In this document: in pieces, positions 24,195 to 35,457 of the stretch | How the letters are laid out: every line of letters starts with the position of its first letter | How positions within the stretch are numbered: position 1 is the stretch's first letter | Source of the DNA: Macrostomum lignano | Taxonomy: Eukaryota | DNA length: 64,000 bases | NCBI GenBank assembly: GCA_002269645.1 | Contig: NIVC01002735.1 | Coordinates: 62,001-126,000 of the forward strand | Reading direction: 5' to 3' | The notes under the pieces: generated by a model | Told to the model about the DNA's origin: nothing | Database searches by the model: none | What the model saw: only the letters and a program-made list of their open reading frames with translations | Program-made: the position numbers and the translations under genes

Positions 24195-25152
24195 TGCTGG
24201 GGTGTGGGGTCAGATGGTGGGGGAGGGCTGAGTGCTGGGTGTGGGGTCAGATGGTGGGGAGGGCTGAGTGCTGGGGTGTGGGGTCAGATGGTGGGGGAGG
24301 GCTGAGTGCTGGGGTGTGGGGTCAGATGGTGGGTTGATGGGGAGGGCTGAGTGCTGGGGTGTGGGGTCAGATGGTGCGTTGATGGGGAGGGCTGAGTGCT
24401 GGGGTGTGGGGTCAGATGGTGGGTTGATGGGGAGGGCTGAGTGCTGGGGTGTGGGGTCAGATGGTGGGTTGATGGGGAGGGCTGAGTGCTGGGGTGTGGG
24501 GTCAGATGGTGGGGTTGGTGGGGGGGGGGGCTGAATGCTGGGGTGTGGGGTCAGATGGTGGGGTTGTTGGGGAGGGCTGAGTGCTGGGTGTGGGGTCAGA
24601 TGTTGGGGTTGTTGGGGAGGGCTGAGTGCTGGGGTGTGGGGTCAGATGGTGGGTTGATGGGGAGGGCTGAGTGCTGGGGTGTGGGGTCAGATGGTGGGTT
24701 GATGGGGAGGGCTGAATGCTGGGGTGTGGGGTCAGATGGTGGGTTGATGGGGAGGGCTGAATGCTGGGGTGTGGGGTCAGATGGTGGGTTGATGGGGAGG
24801 GCTGAATGCTGGGGTGTGGGGTCAGATGGTGGGTTGATGGGGAGGGCTGAGTGCTGGGGTGTGGGGTCAGATGGTGGGTTGATGGGGAGGGCTGAATGCT
24901 GGGGTGTGGGGTCAGATGGTGGGTTGATGGGGAGGGCTGAATGCTGGGGTGTGGGGTCAGATGGTGGGGTTGGTGGGGAGGGATGAGTGCTGGGTGTGGG
25001 GTCAGATGGTGGGGTTGGTGGGGAGGGATGAGTGCTGGGTGTGGGGTCAGATGGTGGGGTTGGTGGGGAGGGATGAGTGCTGGGTGTGGGGTCAGATGGT
25101 GGGGGAGGGCTGAGTGCTGGGGTGTGGGGTCAGATGGTGGGTTGATGGGGAG
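24195..25152. repeat. G-rich ~45-bp minisatellite (mirror 45560-47105)
   Basis: Unit GGGGAGGGCTGAGTGCTGGGGTGTGGGGTCAGATGGTGGGTTGAT, with five G-runs per unit. Confidence 0.96.
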
Positions 25153-27294
25153 GGCTCTGAGCATTCAAATTCGAATTGCTACTGTTATACACAGACAGCA
25201 TCCGGCTGTGGTTTCAAAGAGCCCATCAAGCTTGCATGGAACAAAAAAATGAGTCGAACAACTCATTCTTCGATCGTATTAAATAACTCAATGAATTGAC
25301 GCAGCTTTTTCTGTTTTTGTTTGAATGAAATACTACCGAACTAAAATGACCATTTTTTACAACAGAAAACTTACTTTACATGATCATCATGACCTGCTTG
25401 CAATTGGGAAGATAGGGGAAAACCAATTGGGAAGATAGGGGAAAACACAGGTTAAAAAATTAATTTAGACGAGAATCGTTTGCGGGATATTCTGGGCTCA
25501 GGCTCACTGAAGTACACACGGCTTCTTGACTTTAGCCATATTTCACTTAATCCAGTCTATATCAAACTGAAAAGTCACATCGAATGATGTTCGTACAGCA
25601 CAAGGTTCTGAAGAGTAAATCATGAAGACAGGGTCAACAACGCTTGTGCCGAGAGAAGCAGCGCAGAAAGCAGCTTAGGGGAATCAGGGGAGGCGGAAAA
25701 TTCTCGCAAAAATGCCATCGAATGATCCGGACGCCACATCGGGATGCCATGAGTTGCCCGCGGCCAGCTGCACGCGGGGGAAGCGGCCTCTGGGACAGGC
25801 GATGCAGGGCGGAGGGATTTCTGCAAGCCTTGCAGCCTCCAGTCGGTGTACACTCGCCCTCAAAGCGCATGTCGCATTGGCAAAGCAATAATTAAAAAGA
25901 AGAGTAAAAACTATAGGCATGTAAAAACAGCATCTCGCTGTAGCAGGTGTCGCATGCGCTGCCAGCAAAGGGGAAAGCGGTCGGGGGAGTAAAACACCTT
26001 TTCTCTGTGATTTAATAACTCCTAAAAATGAACTCAAAAAATCTGAGCAGATTGTCGGAACACAAATACTCATTGATACTACTTTTCATTAATATACTAC
26101 TTATCCACCGATAGTCTCGCATCATCGGATTAAAGTTGTGAATAAATTCGCTCAAACGATGAGTATAAAATGTTAAACAATAGACAAACTTTATCAAAAG
26201 CATTACCTACCTATTTAGGTTTATGCAATACGGGACAACGATGCATTTAGAGATAGCATTCTTATTACGCTGTGAAATGTACTGCGAAACGTGATAATGC
26301 CATTTAAGCATTGCGACAGCCTACAAAAAACAATCTAATAAACGTTTCGGACACTTACTGATAAAGTAATTAGAAATATTACAGCAATAAAGTATTAAAA
26401 ACCTAGCAAAAACAAGATTAATCGTATTTCAAACAGAGCTCGTACTACTTACTGCTTAAATAGCTGCAACGCTACTATAAGTAGTAAAATAACGGAAATA
26501 ACATTTGATGTCAGAAGGGACTTTACAGAAGAATTACGAATTAGCAAAGGGCTTAAAAATTAGGGACAGAATATTTTACATTATTATTATATGAAAATCG
26601 TATGCTAGAATAAATTAACCACAAGATTTAATAACAGATTGTGCTATTTGTTTTTTTATTCCTCACCCAACGCGCCCACCTCACTCCGCTGAGCGCTCAT
26701 TGGCTAAGCTGTAAAGGGCTGGTTTTTTCACACCCACTCCAACCCGCTACGCCAGCTCCCGACTCTCTCAAGTTTTATGGCCTACAAGTTGAAGTTGTTT
26801 AGTCTGCAAACAGTTTGGGGACTCGGGGTGAATGGTGCGAGCTAAGTAAATTGAGAAGTGGCAGAGTAAAACGCTTATTAAGTTGTAAAGCGGCTATTGG
26901 CCATTAAGAGCTCCAATTAAATAATTTGAATTAGCACTATATACACATCTTACACATTAACAAATTAACAAAGCTGTCGAAGCACACACTCATTAAAAAG
27001 GTACCAAATAATTCTGTGTACATATTTTGAAAAGATGCCATGGCGCAGTAAAAGGGTTAATTATAAACTAGCTCTAATTAAAACTAAATTTGTCAAAATA
27101 GTCGTAATATTTATCTTATTAAAGCCACGAAGACGGATAATAATCTAATAGCTAGAATACATTGTGACAGGCTGTGTATCCTGAGCAGCAAAAAACAAAA
27201 CTTAGCCAACGAATTTCGGATCGTATAATTTGGGTTCGCCTTTACTTCAGGTATTTCGGGTTAGGTATTATAAATCAAAGCTCTAAGCAGCAGA

Positions 27295-28218
27295 TTAGTG
27301 ACCAGCTCCAGGACTTCCGGCTACGGCAGCGGTGGCAGCCGCAGGCGGAGCCTTGCTTGTGGCAGCAGCGGCGGCGGCGGCAGCAGCAGCCGCAGCAGCC
27401 GCAGCAGCAAGAAAGCGCACCGGACTGGCGCCAACCGGACTGGCGCCTGGCCAGGTCGGCGTGGCGCCCGGAGTAGCGCGAAAGATGTGCTCAAAGTGGT
27501 CGATGCCGGCCGCGCGGGACAGCTTGGCGCCTGCCGGGCTGGAGTCCCGCTGCAGCTCCAGAATCATCTTGATCGCGTTCGGCGTGTCGTTGCGGCAAAA
27601 GTCTATTGGCGAGGACAGGATTGGGCGGAACAGGTCGGCGGCTGAGGATCGGCTGTGGTGCATTTGGTGCTGATGCTGGCGCTGACTCTGCTGCTGGAGC
27701 TGTTGCTGCTGCTGCTGGTGATGCTGGTGATGAAGCTGCTGCCCCTCGTCCCGCTCCTTCAGTGTGCCGTCCCGGCCGGGCACAAGCGGCCGAGGCCGAG
27801 GCAGATGACGCAGCTGCGGAGCGGGCATCGCGGCTGCAGCTGCGGCGGCGGCTGCGGCGGCGGCGGTGGCGGCGCTGGCTTTGGCTGCCGTAGTTCCCGC
27901 AGTTTGGCTGCCAGCTGCGACTTCCAGCTCGGCGGTAGGGGTGACGATCACAACGGCGGAGCTCGGGGGCGGCGCTGGGAGCGCATCGACATTCGCTGTG
28001 GTCGAGGAGGCCCCGCCCGAGGAGGTCGAGGCGCCGCCGCAGACCGGCGAATCGCTGGATCGTCGGCTGCCGCCGCCTTCGCCGCCTCCGCTGTTCCCGC
28101 CGCCGTGAATGGAGGACACGGACGAGACAGCAGCGGCGGAAGCCGATGCGGAAGCGGAAACTACTGAAGAGGCTCCGGCGAACGGAAAGGCCGTGAAGTT
28201 CAACTCCGAGGTCATCGG
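27295..28218 (-). CDS. Ala/Gln/Pro-rich terminal exon; probable NFI-like C-terminal activation region (left copy)
   Basis: Acceptor TTTTCTCAG|CCG in frame with ORF 27295..28299. Contains polyA, polyQ/H and Pro-rich tracts and ends at TAA. Confidence 0.6.
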   Translation of the reverse strand, partial: PMTSELNFTAFPFAGASSVVSASASASAAAVSSVSSIHGGGNSGGGEGGGSRRSSDSPVCGGASTSSGGASSTTANVDALPAPPPSSAVVIVTPTAELEVAAGSQTAGTTAAKASAATAAAAAAAAAAAAMPAPQLRHLPRPRPLVPGRDGTLKERDEGQQLHHQHHQQQQQQLQQQSQRQHQHQMHHSRSSAADLFRPILSSPIDFCRNDTPNAIKMILELQRDSSPAGAKLSRAAGIDHFEHIFRATPGATPTWPGASPVGASPVRFLAAAAAAAAAAAAAAAATSKAPPAAATAAVAGSPGAGH

Positions 28219-28559
28219 CTGAGAAAAGGATGGAATAAAAGAACAAGTTAATGAGCCGGTAACTCTACTTAGAGTAGTAACTGATTTGTCTAATTTCAAT
28301 GAGTGGCTTCCATGGATTTGAAAAAAAACTGATTTTTGCTAACGCCTAACGTTTTGTCCGCCAATGATCCTCGAGCAGGGCGTTTAATCGAAAATCGATT
28401 GAAATTTCACGTTACAGAAACGAACAGTTTTTTTGTTTAAAACGAATTTTATGCTTATTTTCTTGAAAAAGCTATAGAAAAAAAGAGTGCAAATGCCTGT
28501 TTAAGATGATGCAATGCATACACGCTGTGAATTCTATTTGCGATTTGGCGAGCACTCAC

Positions 28560-28840
28560 GCTTCTGCAGTAGGGCGAGCCACGCAGCGAGTGCAGCGAAG
28601 CCGCCGCGGCCGATAGCGGCTCCTTGGCGGCGTCGCCGGCTGGCAGGCCGGTGATCTCCGCCACCTCCGCCTCCGTCTGGCTGTTCTGCTGGCGCAGCAG
28701 GCGCAGCCGGCGGCGCTGCTGCTGCTGAGCGGCGGCGTCTGCGCCAGCGTCTTCTTCGTCGACGTCAACGTCAACATCGTCGGCAGCGGCAGACGTCGAC
28801 CCGCTGGTGTCGGCAATTGAATGGCCGCTTTTGGCGTGCT
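28560..28840 (-). CDS. Probable NFI-like exon 4 (left copy)
   Basis: Acceptor GTTGCAG|AG (phase 1) and donor AGAAGC|GTGAGT (phase 0). GC-rich, open frame. Confidence 0.6.
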
Positions 28841-29027
28841 CTGCAACGGAATTTGATCGATTAACAGGCAAATGTATTTGCTTGCTGACTGGCTGGTTGG
28901 TGATTTGATGACTTTCTAAATAAAAAGTTGATCCAGAAAAGTTCACATCACTCGACGGAGTGAATGATCACTGAAGTAAACTAATAATTGATCTTTTGTT
29001 TCAGCAATCGTCTCTAATCGCACTCAC

Positions 29028-29408
29028 TGAACACGGCAGCAGCTTCAGCGCCTCGCCGCTTCCTGGCTGGCGGTCGATCAGCCTCCTCGTTGTCCGCCTC
29101 ATCGCCGGCAGGTTCGCCGCCATCATCGCTATCATCGCTGTCCTCCGGCCCATCGTCTGCCTCCTCCTCATTGTCGTCAATGCGTGTCCTCTTGTGGGCG
29201 CGCCGTCTGCCGCCGCCGGCGCCGCGGACACAACGGCGCTTGGCCGCCGGTCCACCTCCGCCGCGCCGATGGTCGAGCTGGCGCCGGCCGGTAGCCAGGG
29301 AGTCCTGGTAGGCGGCCCACACGGCTGGGTAGCTGTCGCGCACGAAGGCGGCGTCCTCCGGCGACAGCTGGTAGCGGTCGAGCAGCGGCGGTGGCACGGA
29401 CATCGAGG
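29028..29408 (-). CDS. Acidic/basic low-complexity exon; probable NFI-like exon 3 (left copy)
   Basis: ORF 29014..29403, with acceptor CCCGCAG|CC (phase 1, matching the DBD exon donor) and donor TTCA|GTGAGT. NLS-like PAAKRR and RKRR; acidic tract. Confidence 0.6.
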
Positions 29409-29743
29409 CTGCGGGTTTCGCATTGAAGGTTGTGACGGCGTCGTGGAAAATGTGGATTTTTTCAGAAGCCCGACATGTTCAGTGAGATTTTTTTAAAATA
29501 TGACTCTTCAGGTACTGCCCACAAGCTTCTACAGTTGTGCGGGATGGCAGGTAGGAAAAACAAACTGTTTTAATGAGTTAAAAGTTAACGCTTTTTCTTA
29601 AGTACAGGACGCTTAGAACAAAATAATTTCATAACTCTTTTTCAAAAGCTCAGGATAATAGCTACTCGTAGATTGTATCAGAGATTTTTGCCTACTATTC
29701 AAAGTAGCAAGACAAGCATGTGATGCAACTTTATTAGTGTAAA

Positions 29744-29840
29744 TACAAAATGGCTGCTAAAAGGCTGCGGTTTAATATCCGCTGACTGAAAACTCAGAAA
29801 CTGGTCTTGGACTGGCGTGAGTTCGAATCTCACTTTTGAA
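29744..29840 (+). pseudogene. Degenerate type-II (Leu-like) tRNA relic
   Basis: Acceptor-like TACAAAA/TTTTGAA, TGGC after the stem, variable arm GGTC-TTG-GACT, perfect T arm GTGAG-TTCGAAT-CTCAC. D and anticodon arms disrupted. Mirror at 40913-41009. Confidence 0.5.
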
Positions 29841-30974
29841 GACGTATGTGAAAGGTCTGGGTTTTCTTAAAAGTACGTTTGGGACAAGCTATGGATATCG
29901 AGAAAAAGAGCTTGTCGTAAATACTCAAGTCGTAAATGGTGGTCGCTTTCTAAGAAAAGTAATTGGTCCTTCATGCACTTTGGGTGCGCCTCTTGGGTTA
30001 TGAAATTATCGAGGCCTATAGCTTCGGAGTGAACGAGTGTTTTTCTCACACGCGCTGAGTTCCTCGTTTGAGTTTGGTGCTGCCAAACTTCACGGGGTGA
30101 AATCAGCAAAGTTGAGCCTCATATAAATATTCGCCAGAGAGTTATGGGCAACCCCTCGGTGACATCAACGCAACCACCGCTGATGCAACTTCAAAATGAA
30201 TGACAAAGGACCGCATAGAAGAGCAGACTGGAAAGTCCTGTTAATTATTCCTGAAAACCAGTTGGGAAGAGAACCCCACAAAGCAGCTGGGAATTCAGAC
30301 TGCTGTCCAGTCTCGGTCATCCGTCAAGTTAAGGATTTCGCCAGCCCCAGGTAAGGTCGGGTTCCCATAGCAGCTGGTCCCGAGCGGGGCCATAACTCCT
30401 GCCTCACAGATCGCCACACCAAGATGCTGAAGTGTTTCTTCAAAATGCAGTCAAAACTATTGCTGTCACGGAAGCATCGTTAATAGAATTCCGTAACAAG
30501 ACAAAGACTCAGACACTGCGGTGACCGCAGACGGCATTCCGAATTGTCGATTGTCAAAATTCCTCGGTGTCAATTTTTCCCCTCCTTTGCTTCCCCTTCA
30601 AATCCCACTAATTTACAATCCTCACAGATTAGGCGGCGGCAACCGGTATGGGGGCGGGGCAGCGTCACCAGGTAGTTGGGTAATTCTCTCCTGCCTATTA
30701 AGCGTTGCAGTCTTTGTAGCAGGGGGGCTCTGAGACCAAGATTTATTGCGCCCCAACTGCGAGTATTTAAGTAGATTGCTGCGGTCTCGGAGTGGCGGGG
30801 ATCGCATGCAGAGCAACAAAGACTAATTGAAAGCCTGTAAACGCGTTTTGTTTGTTGATCTTTTAACAGCTCGACTGTCAGCTGATTCATGCTTGATACT
30901 TGTCCACTCTCTCGTTACCCTTGTATATAAATCCCATTCGCTTTGCTCCTGAGCTTCCAAGTTTACACATCTAA

Positions 30975-32208
30975 GCTCTCCTCCCCACTCCTCTCACCTG
31001 AGCTCTCCTCCCCACTCCCCTCACCTGAGCTCTCCTCCCCACTCCCTCACCTGAGCTCTCCTCCCCACTCCCCTCACCTGAGCTCTCCTCCCCACTCCCC
31101 TCACCTGAGCTCTCCTCCCCACTCCCCTCACCTGAGCTCTCCTCCCCACTCCCCTCACCTGAGCTCTCCTCCCCACTCCCCTCACCTGAGCTCTCCTCCC
31201 CACTCCCCTCACCTGAGCTCTCCTCCCCACTCCCTCACCTGAGCTCTCCTCCCCACTCCCTCACCTGAGCTCTCCTCCCCACCCATTTCCCCTCACCTGA
31301 GCTCTCCTCCCCACTCCCTCACCTGAGCTCTCCTCCCCACTCCTCTCACCTGAGCTCTCCTCCCACTCCCCTCACCTGAGCTCTCCTCCCCACTCCCCTC
31401 ACCTGAGCTCTCCTCCCCACTCCCCTCACCTGAGCTCTCCTCCCCACTCCCCTCACCTGAGCTCTCCTCCCCACTCCCCTCACCTGAGCTCTCCTCCCCA
31501 CTCCCTCACCTGAGCTCTCCTCCCCTCCTCTCACCTGAGCTCTCCTCCCCACTCCCCTCACCTGAGCTCTCCTCCCCACTCCCCTCACCTGAGCTCTCCT
31601 CCCCACTCCCCTCACCTGAGCTCTCCTCCCCACTCCCTCACCTGAGCTCTCCTCCCCACTCCTCTCACCTGAGCTCTCCTCCCCACTCCCCTCACCTGAG
31701 CTCTCCTCCCCACTCATTTCCCCTCAGCTGAGCTCTCCTCCCCACTCATTTCCCCTCACCTGAGCTCTCCTCCCCACTCCGCTCACCGGAGCTCTCCTCC
31801 CCACTCATTTCCCTCAGCTGAGCTCTCCTCCCCACCCATTTCCCCTCACCTGAGCTCTCCTCCCCACCCATTTCCCCCACCTGAGCTCTCCTCCCCACCC
31901 ATTTCCCCTCACCTGAGCTCTCCTCCCCACTCATTTCCCCTCACCTGAGCTCTCCTCCCCACTCATTTCCCCTCACCTGAGCTCTCCTCCCCACTCATTT
32001 CCCTCACCTGAGCTCTCCTCCCCACTCATTTCCCCTCACCTGAGCTCTCCTCCCCACTCATTTCCCCTCACTTGAGCTCTCCTCCCCACTCATTTCCCCT
32101 CACTTGAGCTCTCCTCCCCACTCATTTCCCCTCACTTGAGCTCTCCTCCCCACTCATTTCCCCTCACCTGAGCTCTCCTCTCCACCCATTTCCCCTCACC
32201 TGAGCTGC
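30975..32208. repeat. 27-bp minisatellite CTCACCTGAGCTCTCCTCCCCACTCCC in the NFI intron
   Basis: About 44 units. Confidence 0.97.
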
Positions 32209-32783
32209 CCTAAATAATGTAAAATTTCCTGACAATTTATCGCAGCTAAAAGATCATTAGCTAGTTTATCACCAAATCATGTAGACAATTTTTCTGCTTC
32301 TAACAATAAACCCAAGCTGAAGCTTATACTGAGCAGTGGGGGATTAAGCTTGAGTACGTAATGCATGGGATTACTCGTAGGTTGAGCTTGACTCAACACT
32401 GGGTTTGGGTTTCGGCGCACTTACCCCAGCAATCGGCCGCGTGCCTTTGACTGGATTCCAGAGGTGAAAAAACGCAAACGTGTCAGGTAAGATTGTTAAA
32501 ATGCTGCACAAAAACTTGATACCAGTGCCGATTCACTGGCAAGGAACACTTCAGGCAAACATGAGCATTTTGCTTCTTTAAGTAATTTTATAAGACAGAG
32601 GTATGAACAGAAAGAAGGTGCTCCTGGGAATCCTGGATAGAGGTTTGGGTTCGATTCGATTTTAAACTTGTTCTTGAAGGCCAACAGACTTCTGGGTAAT
32701 GCAACGAGATTCGAACCTCTGACCTTTCGGTTTAGCACCGAACTGAACCCGTTTAACCCGCGCGCTACCCACCGGCCTCTCAC

Positions 32784-33266
32784 CGTTCATCTCGTTGCGA
32801 ATGAACTCCACTGGGAAGGGCGAGGTGAACTGGAAGAACCGCAGCTGCTCCTCCGCGGTGCCGAACCCCGGCTCCGGCGGCGAGATCCGGTAGCCGCTGA
32901 GCCGCAGCATCTCCATGGTGACGGCCATCATAGCCGGGCTGCACTGGAACTTGAAGTGCCTCGGGTTGATGCACAGCTCGTCCTCGCAGCGGTGCACCAG
33001 CAGTCCGGTGTCCGTGCTGTCCATGGGCACGCCGTGGAACAGGATCGCCACCAGGGTGTCCAGGCGCCACACCTTGTCGGAGCCGCGCAGGCCGTCAATT
33101 CGCTTCATCTTGCCTTTGCCGTCCGGCAGCGTCAGCACGCAGCGGAGTCGTCGCCGCTGTCCAGCCAGACGCGGACGAAGGCCTCGCGGTGCTCCTCCTG
33201 GATCTCTTTGAATATCTTCTTCAAGAGGCTGGCCACGATGTCGGCCAGCTCCGTGTCCGACATCAC
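32784..33266 (-). CDS. NFI: NFI/CTF-like DNA-binding (MH1-like) domain exon, left copy (one 1-bp deletion near 33143)
   Basis: IVASLLKKIFKEIQEEHREAF...CVLTLPDGKGKMKRIDGLRGSDKVWRLDTLVAILFHGVPMDSTD...C...LCINPRH parallels NFI WASRLLAKLRKDIRPE...[28 protein letters not shown]...ILFKGIPLESTD. Acceptor CTTCCTAG|GTG, donor AACG|GTGAGA. Confidence 0.9.
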
Positions 33267-33359
33267 CTAGGAAGCAGAAAATCGGGTTTGGGGCTGAGTT
33301 TGCGACACCGTCACGCAATAATGCGGCCCGCTCCGCCGTCGCCTTGGAAGTGCACAAGC

Positions 33360-33790
33360 ACAGGCACAGGCACAGAGAACAGACAACAGGCACAGACAAC
33401 AGGCACAGACAACAGACAACAGGCACAGACACCAACAACAGGCGCAGACAACAGACAACAGACAACAGGCACAGACAACAGGCACAGACAACAGCACAGG
33501 CACAGACAACAGACAACAGGCACAGATACAGACAACAGGCACAGATACAGACAACAGGCACAGATACAGACAACAGGCACAGACACAGACAACAGGCACA
33601 GACACATAAAACAGGCACAGACACAGACAACAGGTACAGACACAGACAACAGGCACAGACACAGACAACAGGCACAGACACATAAAACAGGCACAGACAC
33701 AGACAACAGGCACAGACACAGACAACAGGCACAGACACAGACAACAGCACAGACACAGACAACAGGCACAGACACAGACAGCAGAGACAA
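33360..33790. repeat. Composite short-unit repeat (ACAGAC/AACAGGC) in NFI intron 1
   Basis: Built from 6- and 7-bp modules. Its mirror would fall in the gap. Confidence 0.93.
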
Positions 33791-34617
33791 CAGACTTGGG
33801 CACAGTGGCTCTAAACTTGTCATTGTCAGGAGTGCAAGTGATTAAATTGACTGATTTGAATCTGATTTGAATCTGACATCCGACGACTGACCATCCTAAG
33901 GATCCGGAACTGAGACCGACCCCTCTTACACGGTGTATCGATAATATCGGTAAATAATTATTTGCTGTGCGGCATCTTTCGCGAAAAGAAGTGCCACTAA
34001 TAGTAATAAGTCCGCCTCATTTCTGGGGATAGATCAGTTAGCTGCAGAAGAATCCCTGAACAGGATGAGGCGGCTGCTGAAACCACCCTGCCCTAATAAT
34101 TCAGGCATAAGATGGAGGCAGTAAATGGCCGAATAAATCACAGCGAGCCCGCGGGTTGTCTGCTTCAGAAGCAGCAGCCGAGCTGGCGGCTTTGGTAGGA
34201 CAGAAATGTCACCGGCCCCGTGTTTGAAAAAACGTAAATGCCCGGATATGTTAGTTAGGGGCGGGGGGGGTCGGGAAGGCAACAAGGGATTCTTATAAGA
34301 ATTGACAGAGTGGGAGGGCAGTCCAGACTTCCTAAACATCTGCGGTCATAAATTTGCTGGCGCTGCTGGGCGGGGCTGCCGCATCGCCAGCTGATCAATT
34401 ATGCGACTCCGACCGGCTCTGCCAGCGGGCGCGGCGCCCCCATTAGCTGCAGCCATCGGAATTTTCGATGGGGATCTTCTCCCCCCTGCAGATCGGGATG
34501 CCAAGAAGCCCCCCCCCCCCCCTGTCTCATTCGCTTGAATTTTTGCGCGGCAGTTTAGCGAGAGTTTTCCAAGAAATTGCAGCTAAACGTGCAGGCCTTC
34601 AAGGCATTTATGGGGCG

Positions 34618-35410
34618 ATTTGAGCATGGAGGGGGTCACTGCTGCAGATTTGAGCATGGAGGGGGTCACTGCTGCAGATTTGAGCATGGAGGGGGTCACT
34701 GCTGCAGATTTAAGCATGGAGGGAGGGTCACTGCTGCCGATTTGAGCATGGAGGGGGTCACTGCTGCAGATTTGAGCATGGAGGGGGTCACTGCTGCAGA
34801 TTTGAGCATGGAGGGGGTCACTGCTGCAGATTTGAGCATGGAGGGGGTCACTGCTGCAGATTTGAGCATGGAGGGGGTCACTGCTGCAGATTTGAGCATG
34901 GAGGGGGTCACTGCTGCAGATTTGAGCATGGAGGGGGTCACTGCTGCAGATTAGAGCATGGAGGGGGTCACTGCTGCAGATTTGAGCATGGAGGGGTCAC
35001 TGCTGCAGATTTGAGTATGGAGGGGGCACTGCTGCAGATTTGAGCATGGAGGGGGTCAGTGCTGCAGATTTGAGCATCGAGGGGGTCATCTCTGAAGCTT
35101 TAAGCATGGAGGGGTCATCTCTGAAGCTTTAAGCATGGAGGGGTCATCTCCGAATATTTAAGCATGGAGGGGGTCAGTGCTGCAGATTTGAGCATCGAGG
35201 GGGTCATCTCTGAAGCTTTAAGCATGGAGGGGTCATCTCTGAAGCTTTAAGCATGGAGGGGTCATCTCCGAATATTTAGCATGGAGGGGTCATCTCCGAA
35301 TATTTAAGCATGGAGGGGTCATCTCCGAATATTTAAGCATGGAGGGGTCATCTCCGAATATTTAAGCATGGAGGGGGTCATCTCCGAATATTTAAGCATG
35401 GAGGGGTCAT
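34618..35410. repeat. 30-bp minisatellite (TTTGAGCATGGAGGGGGTCACTGCTGCAGA) grading into a 29-bp variant (…GGTCATCTCCGAATATTTAAGCATGG)
   Basis: Visible periodicity; lies in the spacer, in NFI intron 1. Confidence 0.95.
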
Positions 35411-35457
35411 CTGACCTTCAAGGAACCGAATTAGCTAAAACAAAGGCAAGCCCTCAC

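Larger units (their letters stand above)
3162..33378. repeat. Left arm of a giant inverted duplication (~30 kb)
   Basis: Every ORF and array recurs in reverse order and orientation in 37373-64000. Mirrored ORF pairs: 27295..28299/42454..43458, 13617..14225/52740..53348, 7782..8057/59380..59655. TBC start 3791 mirrors 63371. Confidence 0.97.

Noticed and set aside
24268-25299. Gly/Trp-rich and His/Pro-rich ORFs (and mirrors 45413-47099)
   Set aside because: Translations of the 45-bp G-rich minisatellite.
3162-27000. Explaining the whole inverted repeat as a missed-adapter read fold-back
   Set aside because: Outer arms differ by TE insertions with empty sites, array lengths and many substitutions, which a fold-back read cannot produce. 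The inner ~6 kb alone remains compatible with redundancy.
27298-29496. Multiple antisense or alternative-frame ORFs over the GC-rich exons (also over TBC1D16 and SKP1)
   Set aside because: Shadow ORFs of high-GC coding sequence; the sense frame is explained by phased exons or known domains.
32662-33762. 366-aa ORF with Cys/Val-rich N-terminus joined to the NFI DBD, and read-through C-terminus ending QEQV
   Set aside because: The N-terminus is intronic repeat brought into frame by a 1-bp deletion. The C-terminal tail overlaps a good donor (AACG|GTGAGA) and a tRNA-like relic.
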